DNA of 64,000 nucleotides from Mobula hypostoma (lineage: Eukaryota), in NCBI RefSeq assembly GCF_963921235.1, contig NC_086108.1, positions 72,790,001-72,854,000 of the forward strand. The letters are read 5' to 3'. Positions within the stretch are counted from its first letter, which is position 1. Each line of letters starts with the position of its first letter. Under the pieces are notes generated by a model. That model saw only the letters and a program-made list of their open reading frames with translations. It did not search any database and was not told the origin of the DNA. A program made the translations under genes and the position numbers. Shown here piece by piece: positions 26,791-38,399 of the stretch.

Positions 26791-27280
26791 CCCCCTCTCT
26801 CCCCGCTCTCCCCCTCCCCTCTCCCCCTCTCCTCCCTCCCCATCTCTCCCCCTCTCCCACCTCCCCCTCCCACCTCCCCCCCTCCCCATCTCCCCCTCCC
26901 CTTTCCCCTTCCCTTCCCCCTCCCCCTCCCCCTTTCCCCTCCCCCTCCCCCTCCCCCTCCCCCTTCCTTCCCCCTCCACCTCCCTTTCCCTTCCCCCTCC
27001 ACCTCCCTTCTCTCCTCCCCTCCCCTTCCCCTCCCTCCTCCCCCTCCCCCTCCCCTCCCTCCTCCCCCTCCCCTTCCCCTCCCCCTCCCTCCTCCCCTTC
27101 CCCCTCCCCCTCACCTTCCCCCTTCCCTCCCCTTCCTCCTTCCCTCCCCTCCCCTTCCCTCCCTCTCCCCTTCCCTCCCTCTCCCCTTCCCCCTCCCCCT
27201 CCCCCTCCCCCTCCCCTTCCTCCCCCCTCCCCTTCTTCCCCCTCCCCCTCCCTCTGTCTCCCTCCCCCTCCCTCTCTCTC
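26783..27280. repeat. ~500-bp C/T low-complexity polypyrimidine tract (CCCCTC/CCCTT units)
   Basis: Almost purely C/T on the + strand; directly visible. Confidence 0.97.
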
Positions 27281-27289
27281 AAATGTGGG

Positions 27290-27665
27290 GGGAGGGTGGG
27301 GATCTCATTGAAACTTATTGAATATTGAAAGGTCTTGATAGAGTAGATATGTGGAGAGTGATTCCTGTAATGGAGGACTCTAGGACCAGAGGCACAGCCT
27401 CAGAACAGAGGGACATCCATTTATAACAGAGATGAGGAGGAATTTATTTAGCCTGGGGGTAATGACTCTGTGGATTCATTGCCATTGGTGGCTGTGGAGG
27501 CAAGTCACTGAGTATGTTGAAAGGGGAGGTTGATGGCTTCTTGATTAGTCAGAGCATCAAAAGTTATGGTGAGAAGGCCGGTGAATAGGGTTGAGAGGGA
27601 TAATTAATCAGCCGTGATGGAATGGTAGTTCAGACTCATTCTGCTCCTGTACCTTATGGCCTTGT
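27290..27665 (+). mobile_element. CR1 3' end on the right flank of the Gypsy element
   Basis: GDLIETY*ILKGLDRVD..SRTRGHSLR, followed by a CR1 3' UTR. Confidence 0.85.
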
Positions 27666-28079
27666 GGAGTTGTGTTCCTCAGCCTACACCTGTGTTAATT
27701 TATATAATTAGCTCTGGGAGGAAACGGGATGGGTGTGCCTTAAAATAGCTGGTCACCATGTAAAATTAACTATGGTTGTGGCATGGCCGAGTTAAATCTG
27801 GAACAGTTGTGCTGGTGTTCCCATGACATAGATGAATAGATTTTACCACACATTTAAATAACGTTTCCAAGTGCATTTACTGATATCATCAGTTTGGTGA
27901 AAGAACCGCATTAGCTAAAGCTTCGTGTGAAGACTGATTTTGCCATGATGAGCCAGTGACATGAATAGATATTGTTCATGAAGAGACCCTGTTAAAGTCA
28001 TTTAGCATGGTATTAGTGGATTTTCCGAACGGGAGGGTGATTTTGCATCAGTCATCTTTTCATTTCTTAATTTGTAGCA

Positions 28080-29760
28080 GTAAGCAAAGATTGAATAAAC
28101 TAGGGTCTAGTTCTTTAAGGCTAAGTGGAGATTTAATTGAGGTGTATTAAAGTATGTGGCCTACAAACTGCTGGATAAAATACCAGTATAATAGGCATTA
28201 TTTGAAAACATTCTGTGGGGGAGGATTAATGTACAATTGGTAAAACGGGAATAAACCAATGATAATCAGCATGGCTCTGTTAGTGGGAGATCTTGTCTGA
28301 TCAAATTAATTTAATTTTTCAAACAATGAAGTGTATTGACAAGGACAATGTGGTTCTAATTTCTTGAGATTTCATTTCGGGTTTTCATGGGAAACTAGTC
28401 CAAGGAATCCATTAGATCATGCTCAATTTGCATATTGGATCCAAGACTGGCTCGACTGTAGGAGGCAGTGAGCAATAGTGGAGGGTTGGTTCTGTGATTG
28501 AACCCTATGGCCAGTGACATTTCACAAGAACTGTTGATTGGGCCCTCACATTATTACATGCCTTGATAATTTATATATGTATGCAGAAGGTATGATTAAT
28601 AACTTTGCAAATAATCCAGTGGTAGTGTTGATCTGCAGGAAGGGTGTCTCAGGCTATGCAATAAGAAGAGCAGAGCAATGGCAGATGGAATTTAAACCTG
28701 ACTGAAATGAGCTGATGGATTTTGGAAAGACTACTAATGTAAGGGCAATGATGATAAGGCTGTCAGGAGTATTCGGGGACAAAGGCACCCTGGAATGCAT
28801 CCATCATCCCTGAAGGTCGCGTTACAGGTAGATAAGGGAGCTTGGAATCTGAAACACACTGCTTGATAGGATGGTGAAGGCATATATTCTCATTTAAGAG
28901 GTAATAAGAATTAGTATGCACAGAAAGATATGGGTCAATGGCATTAGTATACTTGAACTCAGTGGTCAGCATAGATGTGGTGGGCCAAAGGAATTCCTTT
29001 TGTGATGCATGACTCTTAATACCACTTAGGTTATTTCGATAACTACTACCGTCATTGTGTGCATGGACAGAATTTGTAACGGTGAACTGAGATGGTTTCC
29101 AATTCTTCTACTAAAATTGACTAAATTGTTTTAGTGTACAATTAATGACAAAACAAAATCTCTTACTTTTCTGGTGACTTCAAGGACACATTGTTTCACA
29201 TTGATATAAGATCCCTCATTTATGCCAAATGGACTGATTACCATCAGGACAGCAGTTATAATATTAGCTTTGGCCATGAAGGGAAAAGAAGATGAAAGCT
29301 ACCAAATTATGTTGTAGCTGTACGAAACTTTAGTCAGGCCACACTTACTGGGAGTGAAGATGTTAAAGCTTTGGCGAGGCTGCAGAAGAGGTTTGCCAGG
29401 AAGTTGCCTGGATTGGAGTGTACTAGCTATAAGGAAAAGTTAGGCGCTCAGATTATCTTCTCTGGAGCATTGAAGACTGAGGACAAGCTGGTGGAAGTAT
29501 ATAAAATTACATATGGCATTAATACGGTAGATAGTCAATGTTTTTTACTCAGGGTGACAATATCAAATACTATAGGACATAGGTTTAAGGTGATTTGCAA
29601 AGGAAACCTTTTACACGCAGAGTAGCTGGTGCCTGGCACATGCTGCCAGAGGAGGTGATAGAAGAAGAAACCACAGCAATGTTTAAAAGGCACTTACACA
29701 GACATGAACAAGTAGGGAAGAGAAAGATATGAATCATGTGCAGTCAAATGCGATTAATTT
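28080..29760 (+). mobile_element. Cluster of old CR1 fragments
   Basis: Decayed NQHG..GRSCL, WQMEF and LQKRFARKLPGLE (ORF 29371-29625) motifs, with an intervening gap. Confidence 0.65.
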
Positions 29761-31569
29761 AAGGTCTTGCATTAACTCAAAAGCTGTCCTAACCAATAGA
29801 TATTTAAAGGGCAGTAATCTCGTCAAGGATGTTAAATGATGCCAAAATTTCCAGGGTGTGGAACCTTAAACTGTTTGCAATTGTCTTTTGCACCTGCTGT
29901 ACGATGACAGTTCCAGAGTCATGCCCATCTATCCATTATCTTCCTTTTATTAGGAAACTTCATGTTGTGGTTCAGGAAGCATTGTTTCATAACAATGGGA
30001 TTCATGATAATAGAAAATGATGTAAGTGTGACAGCAGGAAGTGTAGTTGCCACATGTGTTTCCAAATATTAATGATGGATAGCCCAGGTGCTGTGTACTA
30101 TTAACTAGATAATATGAATCCTCTTTAACTGTCTCTAAACTCTCCTAATCTTTCTCTGTTCCTTTTTTTTCTCTCTCTCTCTTTCTGCCTTCTACCCATT
30201 AGTCAAGGTAAATGAGTGAAAGAAAAATGGAGGGCTTTGTGGGAGAGAAAGGTGAGATTGATCTTGGAGTAGGTTAAAAGGTTGGCACAACATCTTGAGC
30301 TGAGGGGCCTTACTGTTCTGTGTTCTAATTCATTGTTTCCCATCTCCAATACGCCTTTCACAATCAATTCTAGTTCTTGTCATCATGATAAAATATTGTA
30401 ATGTCTGGTTGAAGATTTTCACAGTACGAACCAAGGTATCGTTCGAATAAATAATAAATTTAAATGTTGCCTTCCTGGTAATTTTAATTTGCATTAGTTT
30501 AAATGTCTCAGAATTTTGGGTTTTTCTAAGAGAGTGATTTTGTTTGGAAGAGTGTAATGCCTTGGAGCAGATGAAATACATTTTCCTTTGTGCAAAACGT
30601 ATTTAAAACATGTTTACACAAAAGATTATTGAAGTGGCAAGAAGGCACATCAGCAAAAGGTGGAATGGGATGATATAACTTTACACCCGTTATTCGCCAT
30701 TGTCACTTTTCTGGTCTTGGCCAATTATGTGAACAATACTGTGAGGAACAGAGATGGTATAAAGCATTTATTAGATTGCTTGCCAATAAAGCAAGATGGG
30801 AATTGGACTTGAGAACCACTTAACTGACAGAGCCAGTCTGGAATGAAGTTTGGCACAGTCATCGTGATACAAACATCCATCTGCTCAATTTATTAATGGT
30901 TAAATTTACTAAATGGCAAGGAAAATGCAAGTGAATGTTCAAGCACAGTGTGCTACCAGTTTGTTAATAGGCATAGATAGCAGTATATCTGGGGCACAGG
31001 TTTGGAGAAGTTTTATTATTTAAATCAGAGCCAAAAGTTGACATAGGAGCAAGTTGCATCAAGTTTGGATGATCTAGGAGCAGCATGTAGAAATTAAAGC
31101 TTGTCCGTCAAGCAGATGGTTGATGAGAAAGTGCAGCTGCACCTGCTCCCCTGATGCATTGTAATTGGTGCTTTCAAACAAAGGCAGAAAGGAGAAACAC
31201 TGGAGCTAAAGTAATGCTGTCTCATAAGTCCCGATAAAATAAATTAAAAACTAGGTTGTTCAACCTCACCATACAAAGCTTTGAATTGTTTTGCATGCAA
31301 GGTAATTGGGAACAAAAATAAGCAATCAACAAAATTTCATCAAAATAATTTACATAATCATTTGCATTTATATAGTTCCTTTGAAGAAGGATAGCTAACA
31401 TGGAGCCTTTGCAAAAAGATTGGGAGAGATGACAAAATTGTGTTTGAATACATGACCACCAATTGTAAAGCACATGCAAAATCCAGTCCTGAAATAATGG
31501 TGGTCAGTGTTCAAGTCCCCAGGTTCTTGTGGGGCTGCTGGGAAGACATAGCCATTGCAAAACAGATGT

Positions 31570-33790
31570 CGAGTATGGGAGGGGTTCGTGGGTGGAAACA
31601 AAAGTCTGTGATTAAATCTAGAATTAGGCAAAGCTGCCCTCTCTCCATCTGATTCTTAGGTTTGTAGATACTTTATACTTTGTTGTTGCCAAACAATGAT
31701 ACTAGCGCGTACAATCATCACAGCGATATTTGACTCTGCGCTTCACACTCCCTGGAGTACAAATCAATAGTAAATATTAAAAATTTAAATTCTAAATCAT
31801 AAATAGAAAACAGAAAGTAAGGTAGTGCGAAAAAACGAGAGGCAGGTCCGGATATTTGGAGGGTATAGCCCAGATCTGGGTCAGGATCCATTCAGCAGTC
31901 TTATCACAGTTGGAAAGAAGCTGTTCCCAAATCTGTCCATACGAATCTTCAAGCTCCTGAGTCTTCTCCCAGAGAGAAGAGGGACGAAAAGTGTGTTGGC
32001 TGGGTGGGTCGTGTCCTTGATTATCCTGGCAGCAGTGCTCCGACAGCGTGCGGTGTTAAGTGAGTCCATGGACGGAAGATTGGTTTGTGTGATGTGCTGC
32101 GCCGTGTTCACGATCTTCTGCAGCTTCTTCCGGTCTTGGACAGGACAACTTCCATACCAGGTTGTGATGCACCCTAGAGGAATGCTTTCTACGGTGTATC
32201 TATAAAAATTAGTGAGGGTTTTAGGGGACAGGCCAAATTTCTTTAGCTTCCTCAGGAAGTAAAGGCCTTCTTGGCAGTGGACTCTGCTTGGTTGGACCAA
32301 GTCAAGTCCTTTGTGATATTGACCCCGAGGAACTTAAAGCTTTTGACCTGTTCCACTTGCGCACCACCGATGTAAATTGGGTCGTGCCGTCCGCTACTCC
32401 TTCTGAAGTCAGCATCCAATTCCTTTGTCTTGCTGAGGTTGAGGGATAAGTTATTGTCTTCGCACCATGCCACCAGGTTCCTAATTTCCTCTCTGTACTC
32501 AAACTCATCATTACCCGAGATACGGCATACAATGGTTGTATCATCGGCAAACTTATATATTGAGTTTGATGGAAACTTGGCTACACAATCATGGGTCTAC
32601 AGTGAGTACAGCAGGGGGTTGAGTACACAACCTTGTGGGGTACCGGTGCTCAGAGTGATTGTAGAGGAGAGCTTGTCCTCAATATGACCGACATACTGTA
32701 TATGTATTTGGATAATAAATTTACTATGAGCTTTGAACATTTGTTATATTAAGGAAGGTGGTGGCTACAAGAGAATTAATGACCCAAGATGGTGAAGGTG
32801 CTCTAGTCAACACAAATGTATATGGATGATATTGTCATCTCGTGTTTGTAATCACTGTCAGTCATAAGATTGCCGAGCACTGAGATTACTACAACTGGTT
32901 TGAATTGGCCCTGGGTATCAGATTTAAATGCAGCAAAAGTAAGGCAATTTTTTTTTAGCAACTGGTCTAACTGATCCTTTGTCCTCTTTACTACCAAATC
33001 TAATTACCTGAAGGTCCTCTACCTCTGGTTTGGAGAAGGTAAAGCAGGTCGCTAGGTAACTGGGTGAAACGTGTAGCCAAGACATTGCTGGAGGAACCAG
33101 ATCAGCAGGTTGCAAAGTTCTCTTGGTGTTGCTGTAAATTGTGAAGGTTGTGCCCAAACCCTGATCTCATGCTGCAGCAAGTGCCTGGATTGCCTTCCAC
33201 TTTTTCTGAAAATGGATTATATCTGCAGAACTTCAAACCTCCAGATGAAGCTGGAATAAAGTTGGCCCTTATCCTGATACTTCTGTTTAACAATGGGTTC
33301 GTCTACAGATAAACCCTGGGTATGCAAACCCCCACAACCACTATCTACTACCTGTCCACAGCTTGCAAAGGATAGGTCAGGGTGCAGTACTGCCAATCAG
33401 CTGGATAATGTGTCCTTCAGAGAAAAGGTGGTGCAGAAGGATACCTTTGGCCATAATGTCCTTAGGATGCTGGAAGAAAAAGGAGAGGGTGGATTCTGCC
33501 TCAACACCAGTGCCAAGCACCAAAGCTGTGCTTGACAGGTGGGAAAAACTGCTCTCCTTTCTAATCTGTCAATTGCTGCCATACTCAGTGCCACTGTATG
33601 CCTCTCTAGCATAGCCTACTGACTACAGTATTCGCGGAGATACACAATGAGACAGTGGGCTGTCCATGACTGAACAATGCCCATCGCTTCATTACAAAGT
33701 CCAGGACTATGTGCTGAGGGGTATGCTCAAGCTTCATGCAGCCACCTCAGTGGCTCCGTGAGTAATGACCAAAGTTTAATGTGCTGCCAC
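31570..33790 (+). mobile_element. Highly degenerate Tx1 (L1-clade) LINE ORF2 remnant, interrupted at ~31650-32740
   Basis: IRQSCPLS (~31623-31646, cf. GVRQGCPLS), YMDDIVI (32819-32839), YLKVLYLWFG (~33005), FREKVVQKDTFGH and KVQDYVLR (33696-33719) occur in colinear order. Confidence 0.75.
31667..32681 (-). mobile_element. 5'-truncated Rex1/Babar LINE
   Basis: PQGCVLNPLLYSL..FADDTT; WCEDNNLSLNLSKTKE..FKFLGV; LYFLRKLKKF..VESIPLGCITTWYG..FFPTVIRLLN. Confidence 0.93.
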
Positions 33791-33924
33791 CACATTAAAA
33801 ACTCCGAGATTGTTGCTCCAGGAGAGGTAAGTTTATATCAAGATAATGGGTGTTCTTTATTTTATACTTGCATATAGTGTTAATTAGATAGGATGTCAGA
33901 AAACAAAATTACACAGAAACAACC

Positions 33925-34848
33925 CAATATGATAATAAGGTAAGTGGTAAAGTAAAGAATAAATATGCTGTAAGTTAAGCATTAAGGCAAACATTTAGCA
34001 CATGGGGTATAATATGGGGAATATGAGGTTATCCACATTGATCAGAAAAATAGAAAGATAGAAAATTGATGAAGTGGAGAAACACTACAGAAGGCTGTGC
34101 TGTCTAGGGATTTATGCGTCCTTGTAAATGAAGCAGTGTTAACATGTGAGTGAGAAATTAATAATGAAATTTCTGCCTTTCTTGCAAATGGGGTTAAATA
34201 TAGAAGAAAGTAAGTCCTGCTATAACTGTAGAGGATGTTGAGGAGCCCATACTTGAAAGGCTGTGTACAATTACAGTACTCTTTTTAAAAAGGGATATCG
34301 AAACATAAGAAATAACAGTAGGAGTAGTCATCGAGGCTTACATCCTGCTGCAACTCCATCAAGGTCATGGCTAATCTTTGGTTTTCCTACCATTTCCCTG
34401 CACTGCCCCCATATTCCTATAGTTCCCTACATATCCAGGACATTCAAATCATGACTGAGTCTCCTCAGCGCTTTAAACAGCTTTTCATATTTCAATGAGA
34501 TCTTCCTTCTAAGTTCCAGCGAGTAAAGGCCTACTTGAATTACCTCACCTCATATGGCCAACCCATTATCCCTGGGACAGCCTTGCTATACTCCCTTTAT
34601 CGCAAGTTCATTCTTTCTTAAATAAGGTGTCCAGAACTGTACACAATATTCAAGTACAGTCTCACTAAGGCCCTACATAATTGCAGTAATCTACCTTTCT
34701 CCTGATTCAAATTCTCCTGCCCTAAAAGATAACATTTCATTTGGCCTCCTCATTATTTGTTACACCTGATGTCAGTTTTCAATTACTTATGTTCAAGCAC
34801 TCCTCAGTTTCTTTGGATGTCATCACTCCCACTCTCTCACCACTTACT
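33925..34848. mobile_element. Two old CR1 fragments tail-to-tail (+ ~33925-34290, - ~34300-34848)
   Basis: Decayed EVIH..QKNR motif on +. CR1 tail AACATAAGAAATAACAGTAGGAGTAG and a YCVQFW-like motif on -. Confidence 0.65.
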
Positions 34849-34849
34849 T

Positions 34850-35110
34850 TGTGCAGGGTAGTATAGTAGTAGGCACAACGCTTTACAGTACGTTCTTCCC
34901 ATCAAGGCATGAGTTTCCTCCAGGTGCCCCAGTTTCCTCCTACAGTCCAAAGTCCGTACTGGTTGGTAGGTTAATTGGGCATTGTAAATTGTCCCACGAT
35001 CAGGGTAGGGTTAAATCTAGAGTTTCTGGGTGCGTGGCTCGAAGGGCTCGAAGGGCTGGAAGGGCCTATTCTGGGCTGTATCTCAATAAGTAAATTAATA
35101 AATAAATAGA
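34850..35110 (+). mobile_element. V-SINE (HE1-like)
   Basis: tRNA-like head remnant, V domain GTTTCCTCCAGGTGCCCCAGTTTCCTCCTACAGTCCAAAG, CR1-type 3' end and (TAAA)n tail. Confidence 0.8.
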
Positions 35111-36180
35111 TAAAAATTTCTCATCCTTCAGTATACAGCAATTGCAAGGTCTTTAAAAATTTACAAGGGAGGCCCAGCTTGTCTGTGTGAATTATGTCCA
35201 TGTTGTTAAAGAGTGAACCTGGATTAGCTGGCCTAACCTGGAGTTGTGAGGTGGTCGTGGGAGCATCACTCTGCTCAGTTGATATGAGTGACTCTAGTGG
35301 AGGCTTCTGAGAGAAGTATAAACAGAAGAGAAAGGAAACAAACAATGGCAAACTGGCAGAAGTGATTCTATGGCAAACATTGGTAGTGAGCTTTCCATTG
35401 ACGGTTCAGTCTCTTTCACTCAAGCCGAACTTTGTCCTTCCTTTAAGGCCAGGGTTTATAATCAAGGTTAACACAATCTTTTCGTGAATATGTGTGCTTC
35501 ATTTTTATCATGGATTTTGCTAGACTTTTTGTTATTTGTTCTCTTTTCCTGAAGCATACTGAAAAGGTGAGACTGCCCAACGGTAGTGAGAATGTAGCTA
35601 CGTCTAGATCACAGGAGAATACAGTGGTAGATTTTACCCTGATGAGAAAATGTCAGGTTACAGGTCACCATTGATGCCTAGATTCACAGAAATTGTCTCA
35701 GAACGGACAAGGCATGCAATTCTGAAACGTACAAGGTCCACTTCTTCCTGAGTCAACAAAAAGTTATAGTCTTCAAGTCTGGTGTGATTCATTGATATTC
35801 CTTCCTAAAATGTAAAGCTGTCACTTTTTCAGCTTTTGCTTTGAGAGCAAAAACGTTTTAATGAGCATTCTAGAAACCCATCTGCCCACAAAGGCGATCC
35901 TGCAATCTCCATGCAGACTGTACCCGAGGCTCGAACTGAACCGGAGTTCCTGAAGCCAGGAGGCAGCAGCACTAGCTGCTCTACAATAACAGGGTGTTAC
36001 GCACACCTCAGTACCCTGTCTGGGAAATTAGAAGGATCTCCAGTATTTCCATTGTACTTTGCTGTCAAGTTATGTAACAATGGATGTTTGCCACTTAAAA
36101 TATAATATATTTTTTTTATTTAAACTATAATATAGTTTTAATAATATGATTATATACCTGCTCTTAATTGTGAGATCCTC

Positions 36181-36755
36181 CCATAAGACCAGAAGACATT
36201 GGAGCAGAATTAGGCCATTCAGCCCATCAAATCTGCTCTGCCATTCAATATAGCTGATTTATTTTTACTCTCAATCTCACCCTCTTGCCTACCCCATGAA
36301 CTTTGACATTCTTACAAACCTATCAACCTCTGCTTTAAATATACACAATGAATTGCCCTCCACAGCTATCTGTGGCAATGAACTCCACAGATTCACCACC
36401 CTCTGGCTAAAGAAATTCCTCCTTGACTCTGTTCTAAAGAGAGGTCTTTCTGTTCTGAGGCTGTACCCTCTGGACCTAGTCTGTCCCACTATAAGAAACA
36501 TCCTCTCCATGTCCACTCTATCTAGGCCTTTCAATATTCGATTGGTTTCAATGAGATCCTTCCCCCCATTCTTCTAACTCCTTGCAAGTACAAGCCCAGG
36601 GTGATCAAGCGCTCCTCATACAATATCCCTTTCATTCCCAGAATCATTCTCATGAACCTCCTTTGGATCCTCTCCAGTGTCAGCATATCCTTTCTTAGAT
36701 AAGGGGCCTAAAATGGCTCATAATACTCCAAGTGAAGTCTGACCAATATCTTATA
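36181..36755 (-). mobile_element. CR1 3' fragment
   Basis: ORF 36289-36534 KGLDRVD..RRNFFSQRVVNLWSSLP, plus tail. Confidence 0.9.
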
Positions 36756-37717
36756 TTGTCCCCCACTCCACCCTCAAACCATTCTGGTTTGGAGCATCTA
36801 GTATTCTAGGCTGACAAGAGGAGTTGATTTTATAGAACAAATCTGTATATGGTGGATCTCTGTGGGTCATTCGGGGTTTCCTTGAATGGGCAGTTCCTAC
36901 TTTCATCTACTTTCAGCTGTACATCATAGGAGGAGGTAGAATTGCAGGGACAGCATCAGTTGTTGAAGTTCTGCCAGACTCGGTCCTGGTTATACTGTCT
37001 TGGTAAGTTCCATAGTACTAACGCTGGCCAAAGTGGGATTCAGCTGACTGTGAAGACCAGATTCTTTGCAGCAGTGAGGCTTCAAATTCACATTACTGAA
37101 GCCACTGCCAAATTTGCTGCTCTCTTTCCCTTCCTTCCTTTTCTCTAAATGTTTTTGTCTGTTTCCTTTTCTGTGTTCTGTCTCTGTCTGTCTGACTCTC
37201 TCCCTCTCTCATTCTCTCTCTCTCTCTTTCTGACTGTCAGTAACATTTTCTCTGATACCCGTCCTCTTCAATGATTTAGAGGCAGAATCTGCCATATTTT
37301 CTTTTTATAAACAACCTTTTTTCCCCAAGTCTGACATGAATAAATTGAGTTAGTCACACTGTTAGTGATTAAAAAAAGACTGGAAAATTTCTCAGTACAT
37401 CCAAACCACAAATATTAAATAAATTTAACCACAAATGCTCTTTAGTTATGTTAATTGGCTTCTCTAGCAGACAAAGCTTTCTGTGCCATAAAAGGTAAGT
37501 AGGACATTAATCTATAAATTCAACCTCCTTTATAGCCCAGAATGAAATGCAGGTTCTAATACAAATGTATCTACCTTGGGCCTCCGCTATTCTAGGCTCC
37601 GAATCTCAACCTGAGTTTCTTCACTGGAAGCTTGATCTTGATCTTGGGCTGGTCACTCCAGCCCTGGTTGCAACACCCTGCTGACTGATTTTTCAAGAGG
37701 GAACTAGCCACAACATA

Positions 37718-38305
37718 AACACGAGGAAATCTGCAGATGCTGGAAATTCAAGCAACACACATCAAAGTTGCTGGTGAACGCAGCAGGCCGGGCAGCATCT
37801 CTAGGAAGAGGTACAGTCGATGTTTGGGGCCGAGACCCTTCGTCAGGACTAACTGAAAGAAGAGCTAGTAGGAGATTTGAACATTGACTTCTCAAACCTC
37901 CGCTAATGCCCCACCTCCCCTTCGTACCCCATCCGTTATTTATTTATATACACACATTCTTTTTTATCTCTATCCTTTTTCTCCCTCTGTCCCTCTCACT
38001 ATACCCCTTGCCCATCCTCTGGGCTTTTTCCCCCCTCCCCCTTTTCTTTCTCCCTAGGCCTCCTGTCCCATGATCCTCTCATATCCCTTTTGTCAATCAA
38101 CTGTCCAGCTCTTGACTCCATCCCTCCCCCTCCAGTCTTCACCTATCATTTTGCATCTCCCCCTCCCCCTCCCACTTTTAAATCTCTTACTAGTTCTTCC
38201 TTCAGTTAATCCTGATGAAGGGTCTCGGCCTGAAACGTTGACTGTACCTCTTCCTAGAGATGCTGCCTGGCCTGCTGTGTTCACCAGCAACTTTGATGTG
38301 TGTAA
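37718..38305 (+). mobile_element. 5'-truncated Penelope-like insertion with inverted terminal repeat and 10-bp TSD
   Basis: Inverted arms 37755-37881 and 38177-38303. Direct repeat CCACAACATA at 37708-37717 and 38306-38315. Confidence 0.9.
38207..38244 (+). ncRNA. Putative minimal type I hammerhead ribozyme (Penelope-associated)
   Basis: CTGATGA (38212-38218), an extra A, short stem II GGGTCTCGGCCT, GAAA (38232-38235), palindromic stem III AACGTT, a GUU cleavage triplet, then GACTG (stem I partner is imperfect in this copy). Confidence 0.55.
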
Positions 38306-38399
38306 CCACAACATAGTTGTTCTGCTGAAGATGACCCAGAGAAGGCATGTACAGGGTGGAATCATGGTGTCCTCAAACCTAATAACCATTTTTTTTAAA

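Noticed and set aside
26654..27321. Long Pro-rich and Gly/Arg/Glu-rich ORFs (up to 210 aa) resembling extensin or formin
   Set aside because: Artefacts of a C/T tract that cannot contain stop codons; open in several frames on both strands.
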